64,000 nt of DNA from Acidimicrobiales bacterium (lineage in GTDB: Bacteria; Actinomycetota; Acidimicrobiia; Acidimicrobiales; JAVJTC01). The DNA lies in contig JAVJTC010000007.1 of the NCBI GenBank assembly GCA_040219085.1, positions 3,995-67,994 on the forward strand, in the 5' to 3' direction. Shown one piece after another: positions 29,447-38,229 of this stretch. The notes under the pieces were generated by a model. It saw only the letters and a program-made list of their open reading frames with translations. It did no database searches and was not told the DNA's origin. A program made the position numbers and the translations under genes. Position 1 is the stretch's first letter. Each line of letters begins with the position of its first letter.

Positions 29447-30163
29447 TCAGGAGACGCGGGTCAGCGTGAACATGGCGACGGGGAAATCGAAGCCCCAGAC
29501 ATCCGGAGAAAGGTCCGCCGAACCACTGATACCCGGATGCATCGTGATGCGACCGTTCTCGGCCAGAGCGCTGTTGGACATTCCGGTGCCGGTCTCGCCG
29601 CCCGAGCACGGCGGCACGAGGTCGTCGAGATCCTCGGTGTTGACCTCGGTCCCGGCGTCGTAGGCCATGGCGTAGACGGTGACCGGGCGGTTCTTCAGGA
29701 TGGGCAGCGGGATGTTGTCGATCCCGGTGAAGCCGTCGTTGGTGCACACGACCATCGCAACGGCCGAGAACTCACGGCCGAAGAAGCCGTCGGCATGGAA
29801 CGAAGCGGTACGGCTCTCGCCCGGGAAGACCGGACCCTCGCCGTCGGCGCCGACACCGGATGCGATTCCGGAGTCCTCGAGGCCGCGGTCCGCGGCGAGG
29901 TAGCCCGCGAGCGGGGCGAGGTTGCCGTTCTCGGCGATCTCGCGGAGCCCCGGCGACGCGAACTGATAGAGCCCGAACAGGTCGAGCGGTTCGTCGTCGA
30001 CAGCGAACACCGGTGGGGTCATGGGCTGACCCTCCGTGAGGTTGGTGAATGTCAGCTCGTAACGCGGGCCCGAGCCGAACAGTGCTCCCGCCGTGGGTAC
30101 CGACGTCGCGAACAATGCGACGACGCCTATGGCGGCGATGATCAGTGCGATGGATTTCTTCAT
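29447..30163 (-). CDS. Secreted spondin_N domain protein
   Basis: Signal MKKSIALIIAAIGVVALFA. YELTFTNLTEGQPMTPPVFAV...ASPGLREIAENGN...VCTNDGF resembles bacterial Spondin_N proteins. The family call is from memory. Confidence 0.55.
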   Translation of the reverse strand: MKKSIALIIAAIGVVALFATSVPTAGALFGSGPRYELTFTNLTEGQPMTPPVFAVDDEPLDLFGLYQFASPGLREIAENGNLAPLAGYLAADRGLEDSGIASGVGADGEGPVFPGESRTASFHADGFFGREFSAVAMVVCTNDGFTGIDNIPLPILKNRPVTVYAMAYDAGTEVNTEDLDDLVPPCSGGETGTGMSNSALAENGRITMHPGISGSADLSPDVWGFDFPVAMFTLTRVS

Positions 30164-30350
30164 GTGACCGAATCCCTTCCGATTCGTCGACTTCCCCTAC
30201 GCGAACGTTTCGTCCACGTAGCCGCCCCGAACGGCGACACCGTGGTCAACGACAGGAGTCCGGATCCGGTTCCAACGAATACCCGTGGCCGGTTCCCAAC
30301 CGGGTCAGGAGGGCCAACGGGTCGGGAGTTTCCGCGGGTAGTGGGACGCG

Positions 30351-30382
30351 CAACGGGTCAGGCCCGCGAGCCTGACCCGTTG
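30351..30382. terminator. 13-bp perfect hairpin just downstream of tRNA-Phe (tRNA operon terminator candidate)
   Basis: caacgggtcaggc-ccgcga-gcctgacccgttg. It is one of four copies of a CAAC(C)GGGTC(A/G)GG motif. Confidence 0.45.
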
Positions 30383-30393
30383 AAGATGATGTG

Positions 30394-30466
30394 TGGTCGG
30401 GACCGGCGTCGATCCGGTGACCTTCCGCTTTTCAGGCGGACGCTCTGCCAACTGAGCTACCCGACC
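30394..30466 (-). tRNA. tRNA-Phe (anticodon GAA)
   Basis: The reverse complement is ggtcgggtagctcagttggcagagcgtccgcctgaaaagcggaaggtcaccggatcgacgccggtcccgacca. Anticodon loop ctGAAaa. Confidence 0.9.
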
Positions 30467-30486
30467 GGGACCGGTACGGAACCGGT

Positions 30487-30564
30487 GTGGCGGTCCTGAC
30501 GGGATTTGAACCCGCGACCTCCGCCTTGACAGGGCGGCGTGCACTCCAGACTGCACTACAGGAC
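30487..30564 (-). tRNA. tRNA-Asp (anticodon GTC), CCA encoded
   Basis: The reverse complement is ggtcctgtagtgcagtctggagtgcacgccgccctgtcaaggcggaggtcgcgggttcaaatcccgtcaggaccgcca. Anticodon loop ctGTCaa. Confidence 0.9.
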
Positions 30565-30644
30565 CGTAGAGCCGTCACACTGTACCAACCGCGCGCCCGA
30601 CACCAATCTTCGAACTCGGCGAATCGCGCAGAAACCCCGGTGGT

Positions 30645-31148
30645 TCAGCCCGTGAAGCCGATTGCGGGGACCTGGACAGCTGCGGCGCCGACCCAGACGT
30701 ACTCCCATGCCTCGGGGTTGGGGCCCTGTTGCGCGACACCGGGCGGATACGACGGGACGAAGCCGAAGCGGCGGGCATTGGTGTAGTCGTCGGCGCTCAG
30801 CCACGCGAACGCGGCTGTCGACTCGAACTGGGCGAAGCGCTCCGTTCCCTCGGAGATGTCGACCGCGTAGTCGCGCCCGACCGCCATCGTCCGGAGCCGC
30901 TCGTCGGCGGTCGGATCGCCGGTGCTGGTCGGGGCGGCGGTCTGAGCCTCGGTCCCCGCGAGTGGCCCGTCGTCGAACAGCGACACGTAGCGGGCGTTGT
31001 CGACGGGCTCGATCGCCACGTCGCCGTCGATCAGTTCCTCGGTGGCGGCGATGAGCGGCGCGATCACCGCCGCCAGCATGGCCAGCACGATGATGACGGC
31101 GAATACGGCCGCCATCGCTCTGCGTCTGTCGCGTCGCATCGGGCCCAC
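30645..31148 (-). CDS. Membrane-anchored hypothetical protein located inside the tRNA cluster
   Basis: The N-terminus RRDRRRAMAAVFAVIIVLAMLAAVIAPLIAA is followed by a soluble domain. GC3-rich codons. No family recognised. Confidence 0.5.
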   Translation of the reverse strand: MGPMRRDRRRAMAAVFAVIIVLAMLAAVIAPLIAATEELIDGDVAIEPVDNARYVSLFDDGPLAGTEAQTAAPTSTGDPTADERLRTMAVGRDYAVDISEGTERFAQFESTAAFAWLSADDYTNARRFGFVPSYPPGVAQQGPNPEAWEYVWVGAAAVQVPAIGFTG

Positions 31149-31167
31149 CCCTGGCGTGTGTTCGGCG

Positions 31168-31240
31168 CACCCCCAACGGGATTCGAACCCGTGTTACCGC
31201 CTTGAAAGGGCGGCGTCCTAGGCCGCTGGACGATGGGGGC
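31168..31240 (-). tRNA. tRNA-Glu (anticodon TTC)
   Basis: The reverse complement is gcccccatcgtccagcggcctaggacgccgccctttcaaggcggtaacacgggttcgaatcccgttgggggtg. Anticodon loop ctTTCaa. Confidence 0.9.
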
Positions 31241-31293
31241 CGGGAGCACAGAGGTTACCAGCGACGACGCGCGGCGCCGTAGGGTTCGCCTCC

Positions 31294-32313
31294 GTGAGCC
31301 CACTGTTTCCCGGCTTCGGTGTCGCCCTTCCGATCCAGGAGGAGTTCCGGGTCGCCGACCTGGTCGCTCTGGCGGTCCGCGCCGAGGAGACGGGCTTCGC
31401 CACGGTGTGGACGGGCGAGATCGCGGGCCCGGAGATCTTCTCGCTGCTCGGCGCCGTGGCCGTCTCGACCGACAGCGTGCGTCTCGGTGCCGGAGTCGTG
31501 TCGGTGTTCACGCGGTCGGCTGCGCTCACGGGCATGGGCTTCGCCACCCTCGCCGGACTGGCCCCGGGTCGGGTGGTCGCGGGCATCGGCGTGGGAAGCC
31601 GCTTCATCGTGGAGCGCTGGCATGGCGGCGCGTTCACCGACACCGCCGAGACCCTGGTCGAGTACGCCGAGGTCCTGCGCTCCGTCGTCGCAGGCGAGCG
31701 GATCGCCCACCCCGGTCCCCGCGTGCACGTCGACGCCTTCCGGGTCACGGTTCCCGACGCGGCTCCGATGCCGGTGTTCTTCGGGGCGATGACCCCGCTC
31801 GGGCTCCGCCTGGCCGGCCGCCACGCCGACGGCGTCGTGCTCGCGTTCTGCCCACCCTCGGAGATCGCCCGCAGGGTGGGGATCGTCCGGGACGCCGCCG
31901 CCGCGGCGGGCCGGGACCCCGACGACGTGGAGATCGTCGCCTACCTCAACTGTGACGCCGGTGACCACACCGAGGCGGCCGTCGAGCGGATGCGACGCCT
32001 CATCGTCCAGTACGCCGTGCAACCCACCCATGCACCGTCGTTCGTCGGCGTGTTCGACCGGATCGAAGAGGCTCAGCGCCTGTGGGCCGCGCAGGATCGG
32101 GCGGCCGCGGCAGCGCTGGTGGACGACGACGTCGTCGCAGCCCTGACTCCCGTGGGCGAAGCCGCACTGGTGGTCGACCGTCTCAGCGAGATGCGCGCCG
32201 CGGGCGTCGACGAGGCCATCGTCTTCCCGCAGGTTCCGACCCCGGGAGACTCGGCTTCGGCTCTGGTCACCGTGGAGCGCGTGGCTGCCGAACTGGCCCG
32301 TCGCGCGAGCTGA
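31294..32313 (+). CDS. Luciferase-like monooxygenase (LLM) family oxidoreductase, flavin/F420-dependent
   Basis: FGVALPIQ..., AEETGFATVWTGE, RLGAGVVSVFTRS and GIGVGS are typical of the LLM TIM barrel. The cofactor cannot be determined from sequence by eye. Confidence 0.65.
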   Translation: MSPLFPGFGVALPIQEEFRVADLVALAVRAEETGFATVWTGEIAGPEIFSLLGAVAVSTDSVRLGAGVVSVFTRSAALTGMGFATLAGLAPGRVVAGIGVGSRFIVERWHGGAFTDTAETLVEYAEVLRSVVAGERIAHPGPRVHVDAFRVTVPDAAPMPVFFGAMTPLGLRLAGRHADGVVLAFCPPSEIARRVGIVRDAAAAAGRDPDDVEIVAYLNCDAGDHTEAAVERMRRLIVQYAVQPTHAPSFVGVFDRIEEAQRLWAAQDRAAAAALVDDDVVAALTPVGEAALVVDRLSEMRAAGVDEAIVFPQVPTPGDSASALVTVERVAAELARRAS

Positions 32314-32352
32314 ACGCGCCGGTCGTCGGCGGTGACCCTGACCCGGAACAGC

Positions 32353-32391
32353 GTTCACATGTCGTTCACAATCAGGCAACAAGAGCGAAAC
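32353..32391 (+). promoter_or_regulatory. GlnR-box-like phased repeats upstream of glnII
   Basis: TTCAC 32354, TTCAC 32365, GCAAC 32376 and GAAAC 32387 are exactly 11 bp apart. This fits gTnAc-n6-GaAAc-type GlnR boxes and shares the 9-mer GAGCGAAAC with the amtB upstream region. Confidence 0.55.
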
Positions 32392-32478
32392 GCGGTCTTG
32401 GAAGCCTGCCGGTCGTACCCCCAAACTGTCCGGGCCCACCACGTTCGCCCCCTGAGGGCGAAGGAGAAGAGACACGAC

Positions 32479-33495
32479 ATGGCCTACCGCGCTGAGTACC
32501 TGTGGATCGACGGCACCGAGCCGACCGCCGAGATCCGCTCCAAGACGAAGATCCTCGCCGACGGCGACGAGCCGGGAATCTGGGGCTTCGACGGCTCCAG
32601 CACCAACCAGGCGACGGGTGACAACTCCGACGTCGTCCTGCAGCCGGTCTTCCAGTGTCCCGATCCCATCCGCGGTGGGGACAACATCCTCGTGATGTGC
32701 GAGACGCTCCTCACCGCCGACCTGTCACCGCACCCCTCCAACACCCGTGCCAAAGCGCTCGCGGCCCTCGAGAAGTACGCCGACCAGGAACCGATCTTCG
32801 GCCTCGAGCAGGAATACACGCTCATCAACCCGGAGACCGGTTGGCCCGCGGGATTCCCGCCCAACGGTTTCCCCGCCCCCCAGGGTCCCTACTACTGCGG
32901 TGTCGGAGCGCTCAAGATCCACGGCCGCGACCTCATCGAGGACCACACCACGGCCTGCATCGAGGCCGGACTCGCGATCTCGGGCACCAACGCCGAGGTC
33001 ATGCCCGGGCAGTGGGAGTTCCAGATCGGCCCGGTCGACACCGTCACGGTCGGTGACCACCTCTGGGTCGCCCGGTACCTCCTCTACCGCCTCGCCGAGG
33101 ATCACGGGGTGGAGGTCAGCATCGAGGCCAAGCCCATGAAGGGCGACTGGAACGGTGCCGGCATGCACACCAACTTCTCCACGAAGGCGATGCGCGAGGG
33201 TCCCTACGAGAACATCACCAAGGCGTGCGAGGCCATGGGCGCCTTCGGCAAGCCCGAGGAGCACCTCACGGGCTACGGCGTCGGCATCGAGGATCGCCTG
33301 ACCGGCGCCCACGAGACCCAGCGCTTCGACCAGTTCAGCTACGGCGTCTCGGATCGCGGCGCCTCGATCCGCATCCCCTGGCAGGTCGCCAAGGACGGCA
33401 AGGGCTACATCGAGGATCGGCGTCCCAACGCCAACGCCGACCCGTACGTCGTGTCGGCCCTGCTGACCAACACGATCTGTGAGGCGCTCGCCTGA
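32479..33495 (+). CDS. glnII: Glutamine synthetase type II (eukaryote-like GSII)
   Basis: AEYLWIDG, WGFDGSSTNQA, PQGPYYCGVG, NAEVMPGQWEFQIGP and KPMKGDWNGAGMHTNFS. ATG 32479 follows GAAGGAGAAG. Confidence 0.92.
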   Translation: MAYRAEYLWIDGTEPTAEIRSKTKILADGDEPGIWGFDGSSTNQATGDNSDVVLQPVFQCPDPIRGGDNILVMCETLLTADLSPHPSNTRAKALAALEKYADQEPIFGLEQEYTLINPETGWPAGFPPNGFPAPQGPYYCGVGALKIHGRDLIEDHTTACIEAGLAISGTNAEVMPGQWEFQIGPVDTVTVGDHLWVARYLLYRLAEDHGVEVSIEAKPMKGDWNGAGMHTNFSTKAMREGPYENITKACEAMGAFGKPEEHLTGYGVGIEDRLTGAHETQRFDQFSYGVSDRGASIRIPWQVAKDGKGYIEDRRPNANADPYVVSALLTNTICEALA

Positions 33496-33525
33496 GCGTC
33501 GCTCGCATCTGAACCCGAACTGCAG

Positions 33526-33551
33526 GGAGGCGGCGCCACGGCGCCGCCTCC
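33526..33551. terminator. Hairpin between convergent glnII and the DUF2017 gene
   Basis: ggaggcggcgcc-ac-ggcgccgcctcc followed by ttcgcg. Confidence 0.4.
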
Positions 33552-33579
33552 TTCGCGTCCGGGCCTCGGACCCGCCGAG

Positions 33580-34062
33580 TCAGTCTTCGCCGAGTTCGCC
33601 GAGCGCGCGGATTCCCTCGGCGAGCATGTGGGTGAGGTAGTCGTACACGGCGAGTTGGATGTGATCGGGGCTCCCCTCGACGAAGTCGTCGGGATCGGTG
33701 TCGGCGTCCACGTCCAGGACGGTGCCGATCACGAGTCTCGTGGCGTTGATGGCCCGGACCCATTCGTCGAGGGTGTCGGCGTCGATCTCGTCGTCGTCGA
33801 GGGTCGACGTGATGGTCTCGATCGCCGCAAGGCGGTTGTCCCGCAGGTCGTCGCCCACGAGCTCACGGTGGCGCGCCTCCATGGCGGGGTCCTGCGGGTA
33901 GGTCTCGGGGAAGAGACGCCACGCTCGCTGGTCCTCACCGAGGATCATCATCCGGGTCTGGTCCATGAGGTTCCCGAGGAGGGCGCGTTCGTCGTCACTC
34001 AGGTCCAGGCGCGCCGTGCCCGAGCCCGTCGCGGTGAACCAGATGGGGTCGCGTCGACTCAC
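33580..34062 (-). CDS. DUF2017 domain protein (ClpS-associated)
   Basis: GTGA overlap with the clpS stop. The acidic approximately 160-aa protein in the clpS-downstream position is typical of DUF2017 in Actinobacteria. Confidence 0.6.
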   Translation of the reverse strand: MSRRDPIWFTATGSGTARLDLSDDERALLGNLMDQTRMMILGEDQRAWRLFPETYPQDPAMEARHRELVGDDLRDNRLAAIETITSTLDDDEIDADTLDEWVRAINATRLVIGTVLDVDADTDPDDFVEGSPDHIQLAVYDYLTHMLAEGIRALGELGED

Positions 34063-34355
34063 GATTCGCGTTCCATGGACGCCCACAGGCCGTGTTCCTG
34101 GAGGCGCAGCACGTCCATCTCCGCCTTCTCCCGGGGGCCGTCGGAGACGACCGCGCGCCCCTCGGTGTGGACCTGCATCATGAGCTTCTGAGCCTTGGCC
34201 AGGCTGTATCCGAACAGCTTCTGGAAGACCCAGGTCACGTAGTCCATGAGGTTGATCGGGTCGTCCCAGACGATGACGATCCACGGTCGGTCGACGTCGA
34301 CCTCTTCGTCGAGGTCCGTCTCGGAGATGGTGCTGGGCGAGGGACCCGGACTCAT
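34059..34355 (-). CDS. clpS: ATP-dependent Clp protease adaptor ClpS
   Basis: [41 protein letters not shown]. Confidence 0.9.
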   Translation of the reverse strand: MSPGPSPSTISETDLDEEVDVDRPWIVIVWDDPINLMDYVTWVFQKLFGYSLAKAQKLMMQVHTEGRAVVSDGPREKAEMDVLRLQEHGLWASMERES

Positions 34356-35320
34356 CGCAGCGCGGGGGCGGGTGTCGTGTCGGCGGTGTCGCCGTCTGCG
34401 TCACCGGGGTCGGGGCCGTCGACGTCACCGGGGTCGAAGCCGGCCACCGCGAGGTGAAGACGCAGGACCACCGTCACCAGTGCGACGGATCCGGCGACGT
34501 GGAAGCCGACGAGTAGCACGGGGACGTCGTTGAAGTACTGGACGTAGCCGATCGCAGCCTGGGCGACGATGACCGCGAGGACGGTGTTCGACCGCGTGAT
34601 CTGTTCGGCCGAGGCGCCCTCACGGCGCAACACGACGGCGAGGCCGATGGCGACCAGGCAGAGCGCGACGACCGTCGACCCGTGGATGCGCGCGACGTCG
34701 GGCACGTCGAACCCGAGCCGTTCCACGTCCTCGTCGCCCCCGTGGGGACCCGAGCCGGTGACGATCGTCCCCGTCACGACGGCCCCGAGCGTGAGCAGGC
34801 TCGTGAGTCGGACCAGGCGGACCTGCGCGGGACCGTGCCCGTCGCGGGGCCGGTGGGCGCCGTCGGCGAGATGGTCGGGGATCCCCGACCGGTGGTGCAG
34901 GACCACCGCGTTCCAGATCAGGACGATGGACAACAGGAAGTGTGAGATCACGAGCCACGGGGTCAGGTGGTAGATCACGACGAGTCCGCCCAGGACGATC
35001 TGGCCGAGCACCCCCGCGACCAGTCCGAGGCTCCACAGCGTCAGATCCCGGCGACGTGGCCGACGGGCGAGTGACCCGAGCACGGCGGCGATCACCGCGA
35101 TCGACACGATCCCGGTGATGAGCCGGTTCACGAACTCGATCAGCGCGTGGTACTCGAGATCCGCGTGGAACTGGTCCTCTTCGCACGACGGCCAGTCCGA
35201 ACAACCGAGTCCCGAACCGGTCAGGCGGACCGCCGCGCCGGTGACGATGATCACGGCGAGGGCGACGAGTGCCACCACGGTGATCGCGCGGTAGCGCTCA
35301 GGAGAAATGCGCCGGCGCAT
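34352..35320 (-). CDS. ctaA: Heme A synthase (COX15/CtaA)
   Basis: [25 protein letters not shown] and paired His in TM helices ([15 protein letters not shown]). The start was moved to ATG 35320. Divergent from ctaB. Confidence 0.85.
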   Translation of the reverse strand: MRRRISPERYRAITVVALVALAVIIVTGAAVRLTGSGLGCSDWPSCEEDQFHADLEYHALIEFVNRLITGIVSIAVIAAVLGSLARRPRRRDLTLWSLGLVAGVLGQIVLGGLVVIYHLTPWLVISHFLLSIVLIWNAVVLHHRSGIPDHLADGAHRPRDGHGPAQVRLVRLTSLLTLGAVVTGTIVTGSGPHGGDEDVERLGFDVPDVARIHGSTVVALCLVAIGLAVVLRREGASAEQITRSNTVLAVIVAQAAIGYVQYFNDVPVLLVGFHVAGSVALVTVVLRLHLAVAGFDPGDVDGPDPGDADGDTADTTPAPALR

Positions 35321-35442
35321 GACGTCGATCCTACGGCCGCCCGCTCCGGTGGGGCACACCGGGGCGACGATCGTCGAAACTCTCGCGGTACCTGCCCGCG
35401 TGCTTTGGTCAACCGGCCCCGACGGTCGTACCCTGCACGGAC

Positions 35443-36351
35443 GTGGAGGCCGTCATCGGAGTCGAGTCGAACGTCGGTGTCCGCCGACGGGTTGCGGCAT
35501 ATGTCGCGCTGACGAAGCCGCGGATCATCGAGCTGCTGCTCGTCACCACCGTGCCGACGATGATCGTCGCCGAAGAGGGCGTCCCCTCGGTGTGGCTCAT
35601 GATCGCCACCGTCATCGGCGGCACGCTCGCCGCCGGCGGCGCCAACGCCATCAACATGGTGGTGGATCGCGACATCGACGCCGTGATGCACCGCACCCGC
35701 AACCGCCCGCTCGTCACGGGCGAGGTGACCCCGACCGCGGCGCTGGTGTTCGCCCTCGGCCTCGAGGCCGTCTCGTTCCTGTGGCTGTGGGGTTTCGTCA
35801 ACCTCCTCAGCGCGGTGCTCGCCGTGAGCGCGACCGCGTTCTACGTGTTCGTGTACACGTTGTGGCTGAAGCGCCGCTCCACGCAGAACATCGTCATCGG
35901 GGGAGCGGCCGGGGCGGTCCCCGTGCTCGTCGGGTGGGCCGCCGTGACCAACGATCTGTCCTGGGCGCCGCTGGTCCTGTTCGCCGTGATCTTCTTCTGG
36001 ACGCCGCCCCATTTCTGGGCGCTCGCCATCCGTTACCGCGACGACTACTCGGCGGCGTCGGTGCCGATGCTGCCGTCGGTCGCTCCCGAGCGCGCCGTCG
36101 GGATCAACATCGTCGTCTACAGCGTCATCGTCGTCGGGCTGTCCGTCGTGTTCGGTCCCGTGGCCGGCCTCGGCATCGGCTACCTCGTGGCGGCGCTGGT
36201 CAGCGGGGCCGTGTTCCTGGCCTACGCCGTGCTGGTTCTGCGCTCTCCGACCGAGGCGAACGCGATGCGCCTGTTCGGCTGGTCGATCACCTACGTGGTC
36301 GTCCTCTTCGCGGCGATGGCCGTCGACGAGGTCGCGAGATCCGGACTGTGA
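35443..36351 (+). CDS. ctaB: Protoheme IX farnesyltransferase (heme O synthase)
   Basis: YVALTKPRIIELLLVTT, GGANAINMVVDRDIDAVMHRTRNRP and FFWTPPHFWALA. Confidence 0.92.
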   Translation: MEAVIGVESNVGVRRRVAAYVALTKPRIIELLLVTTVPTMIVAEEGVPSVWLMIATVIGGTLAAGGANAINMVVDRDIDAVMHRTRNRPLVTGEVTPTAALVFALGLEAVSFLWLWGFVNLLSAVLAVSATAFYVFVYTLWLKRRSTQNIVIGGAAGAVPVLVGWAAVTNDLSWAPLVLFAVIFFWTPPHFWALAIRYRDDYSAASVPMLPSVAPERAVGINIVVYSVIVVGLSVVFGPVAGLGIGYLVAALVSGAVFLAYAVLVLRSPTEANAMRLFGWSITYVVVLFAAMAVDEVARSGL

Positions 36352-36492
36352 GACCGATGTCGGGCCCCGGGATTGCGGATCGGCCCGTGGCGTTGTGTAC
36401 TGTCCCCCGCCGGAGGGAGTCCCACGGCGACGCCCTCCGCCGCGTAGCATCTCCGAAGCAGCCGACCGCGTGGTCGCACAGAACGTGAACGC

Positions 36493-38229
36493 ATGACTGC
36501 CACCGACACCGCCACCTCTGAGACCACCGACCCGGCCACACGGCCGGACGATGAGGTCTCCCCTACCCGCAACCCGGTCGACGCCTTCGTGTCGGTCCTC
36601 ACGACGGGTGATCACAAGGTCGTCGGCCGGCTCTGGATCGTCATGTCGCTGCTGGTCGGGGGATTCACGCTCGTCCTCGGCGCCCTCGTCGGCATCGAGC
36701 GCACCGACACCGCGGGTGTCGACGTCTTCGCAGGGCTCGAGGCCTACCTCCAGTTCTCGACGCTCTACCGGGTTCTGCTCGTGTTCGGATTCGTCGTGCC
36801 GCTGTTCATCGGCCTGGCCACGTACCTCGTTCCGCTGCAGATCGGTTCGCCGTCGGTGGCGTTCCCCCGGGCGGCGGCGGCTGCGTTCTGGGCGTGGCTG
36901 GTCGGCCTCGGCACCCTGATCACCGCCTGGGCACTCGACGGGGGCCTCGTCCCCGGTGGCGAGCCCGAGGCGGTCGAACTCTCGCTGCTGGCCTTCGGCG
37001 CCACGGTGATCGCACTTCTGCTGGCGGCGGCCGTCATCGTGACCACGGTGTTCACCCAGCGGGCCGAGGGCATGACGATGGACCGGGTGCCCCTGTTCTC
37101 GTGGTCGATGGTGGTCGCCGGTGGCCTCTGGGTGCTCTCGCTGCCGGTACTTCTCGCCAATCTCGGCGTCGCCTGGATCGACATCCGGGGCGAGGGCCCC
37201 ACGCTCTACGGCAACGGCGAGAACCTGTGGGGTCAGGTCGAGTGGGCCTTCGACCAGCCGCAGGTGTTCGCCTACCTGATCCCGGCGCTGGGCGTCATCG
37301 GTGAGGTGTTCGTCTCGGCCTTCCGGGCCCGCCAGCCGCTGCACTTCGTGATGCAGGGAGCGATCGGTGCGGTGGGCGTGCTCAGCTTCGGCGCCTACGC
37401 GCAGACGTTCTTCAACCCCACCGCCGACACCACGCCGCCGTACGTCGTGGCCGGAGTCGCCATCGCTCTGCCGGTGCTCGTTCTCCTCGGCGGTTGGGCC
37501 ACGCTCGCCCGTGACGCGGGCGGCCGGCCCACCCCCTCGCCCCAACTCGGGTTCGCTGTCGCGACCGTCCTCGCCGTGCTGGCAGCGGTAGCGGTCGGTG
37601 TCGTGAAGGTGCTCGGCGGACTGCTGGGCTTCCTGCGGGAGTTCGGCGCCGACACACAGAGTTGGCAGGCCGATCTCGACGACTTCCTCGACCCGTTCGA
37701 GGACCTGCGGGGCTCGGCCATCGAGTCGGGGCTGCTGAACGTCGTCGTGCTCGCCGGGTTCATCGGTGCGGTCGCCGGCCTGTACCACTGGGCACCCAAA
37801 CTCTTCGGCCGCCGCCTCAACCCGCTCGTGGGCGGTCTCGCGGCGCTGCTGATCCTCGTGGGGACACTCGCACTCGTGGTGCCCGATGTGATCACCGGGT
37901 TCATGGACCAGCCCGATCCGCTCGCGGCGGGATTCCCGCTCCTCGGAGACTTCCGTGACGGCGTCGAGATCCTCAACGCGATCTCGATGATCGGCGCCTT
38001 CGTGGTGTTCGCCGGACTCGCCCTGGTCGCTCTCGACGTACTCGGTGCCATCGCCGTGCCCGGAGCGGGCGACGGCGACGATGCCGACGACCTCGGTGGT
38101 GTCACTCTCGAGTGGTCCACCACCAACCCGCCGCCGCCGGGCAACTTCGCAGCGGCTCCGGTGGTACGGAGCGAGGCGCCGCTTCTCGATCCGCCCGCCG
38201 GGGACGCGACCGACGGGGAGGACGCCTGA
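36493..38229 (+). CDS. Heme-copper oxidase subunit I-like protein lacking all canonical heme/CuB ligands
   Basis: Collinear similarity to the window's own CtaD: [16 protein letters not shown] vs [44 protein letters not shown] vs [39 protein letters not shown] vs GLYFWWPKMFG. Ligand positions are Y, Q, F, Q and T, and there is no HFH motif. Confidence 0.8.
   Translation: [578 protein letters not shown]

Noticed and set aside
35251-37788. Very long antisense ORFs: 35251..37788 (-, 845 aa), 39112..41442 (-, 776 aa), 41045..43051 (-, 668 aa), 16320..18032 (+, 570 aa), 14035..15729 (+, 564 aa), 51593..53581 (-, 662 aa), 49593..51353 (-, 586 aa), 6324..7787 (+, 487 aa) and 7715..8803 (-, 362 aa)
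   Set aside because: Their translations are Arg/Gly/Pro/His-rich low-complexity strings with no recognisable motifs. Each lies opposite a gene with clear family signatures (cta genes, the Fe-S reductase, the ABC transporter, serS, phoD). These are the typical stop-codon-poor shadow frames of high-GC DNA.
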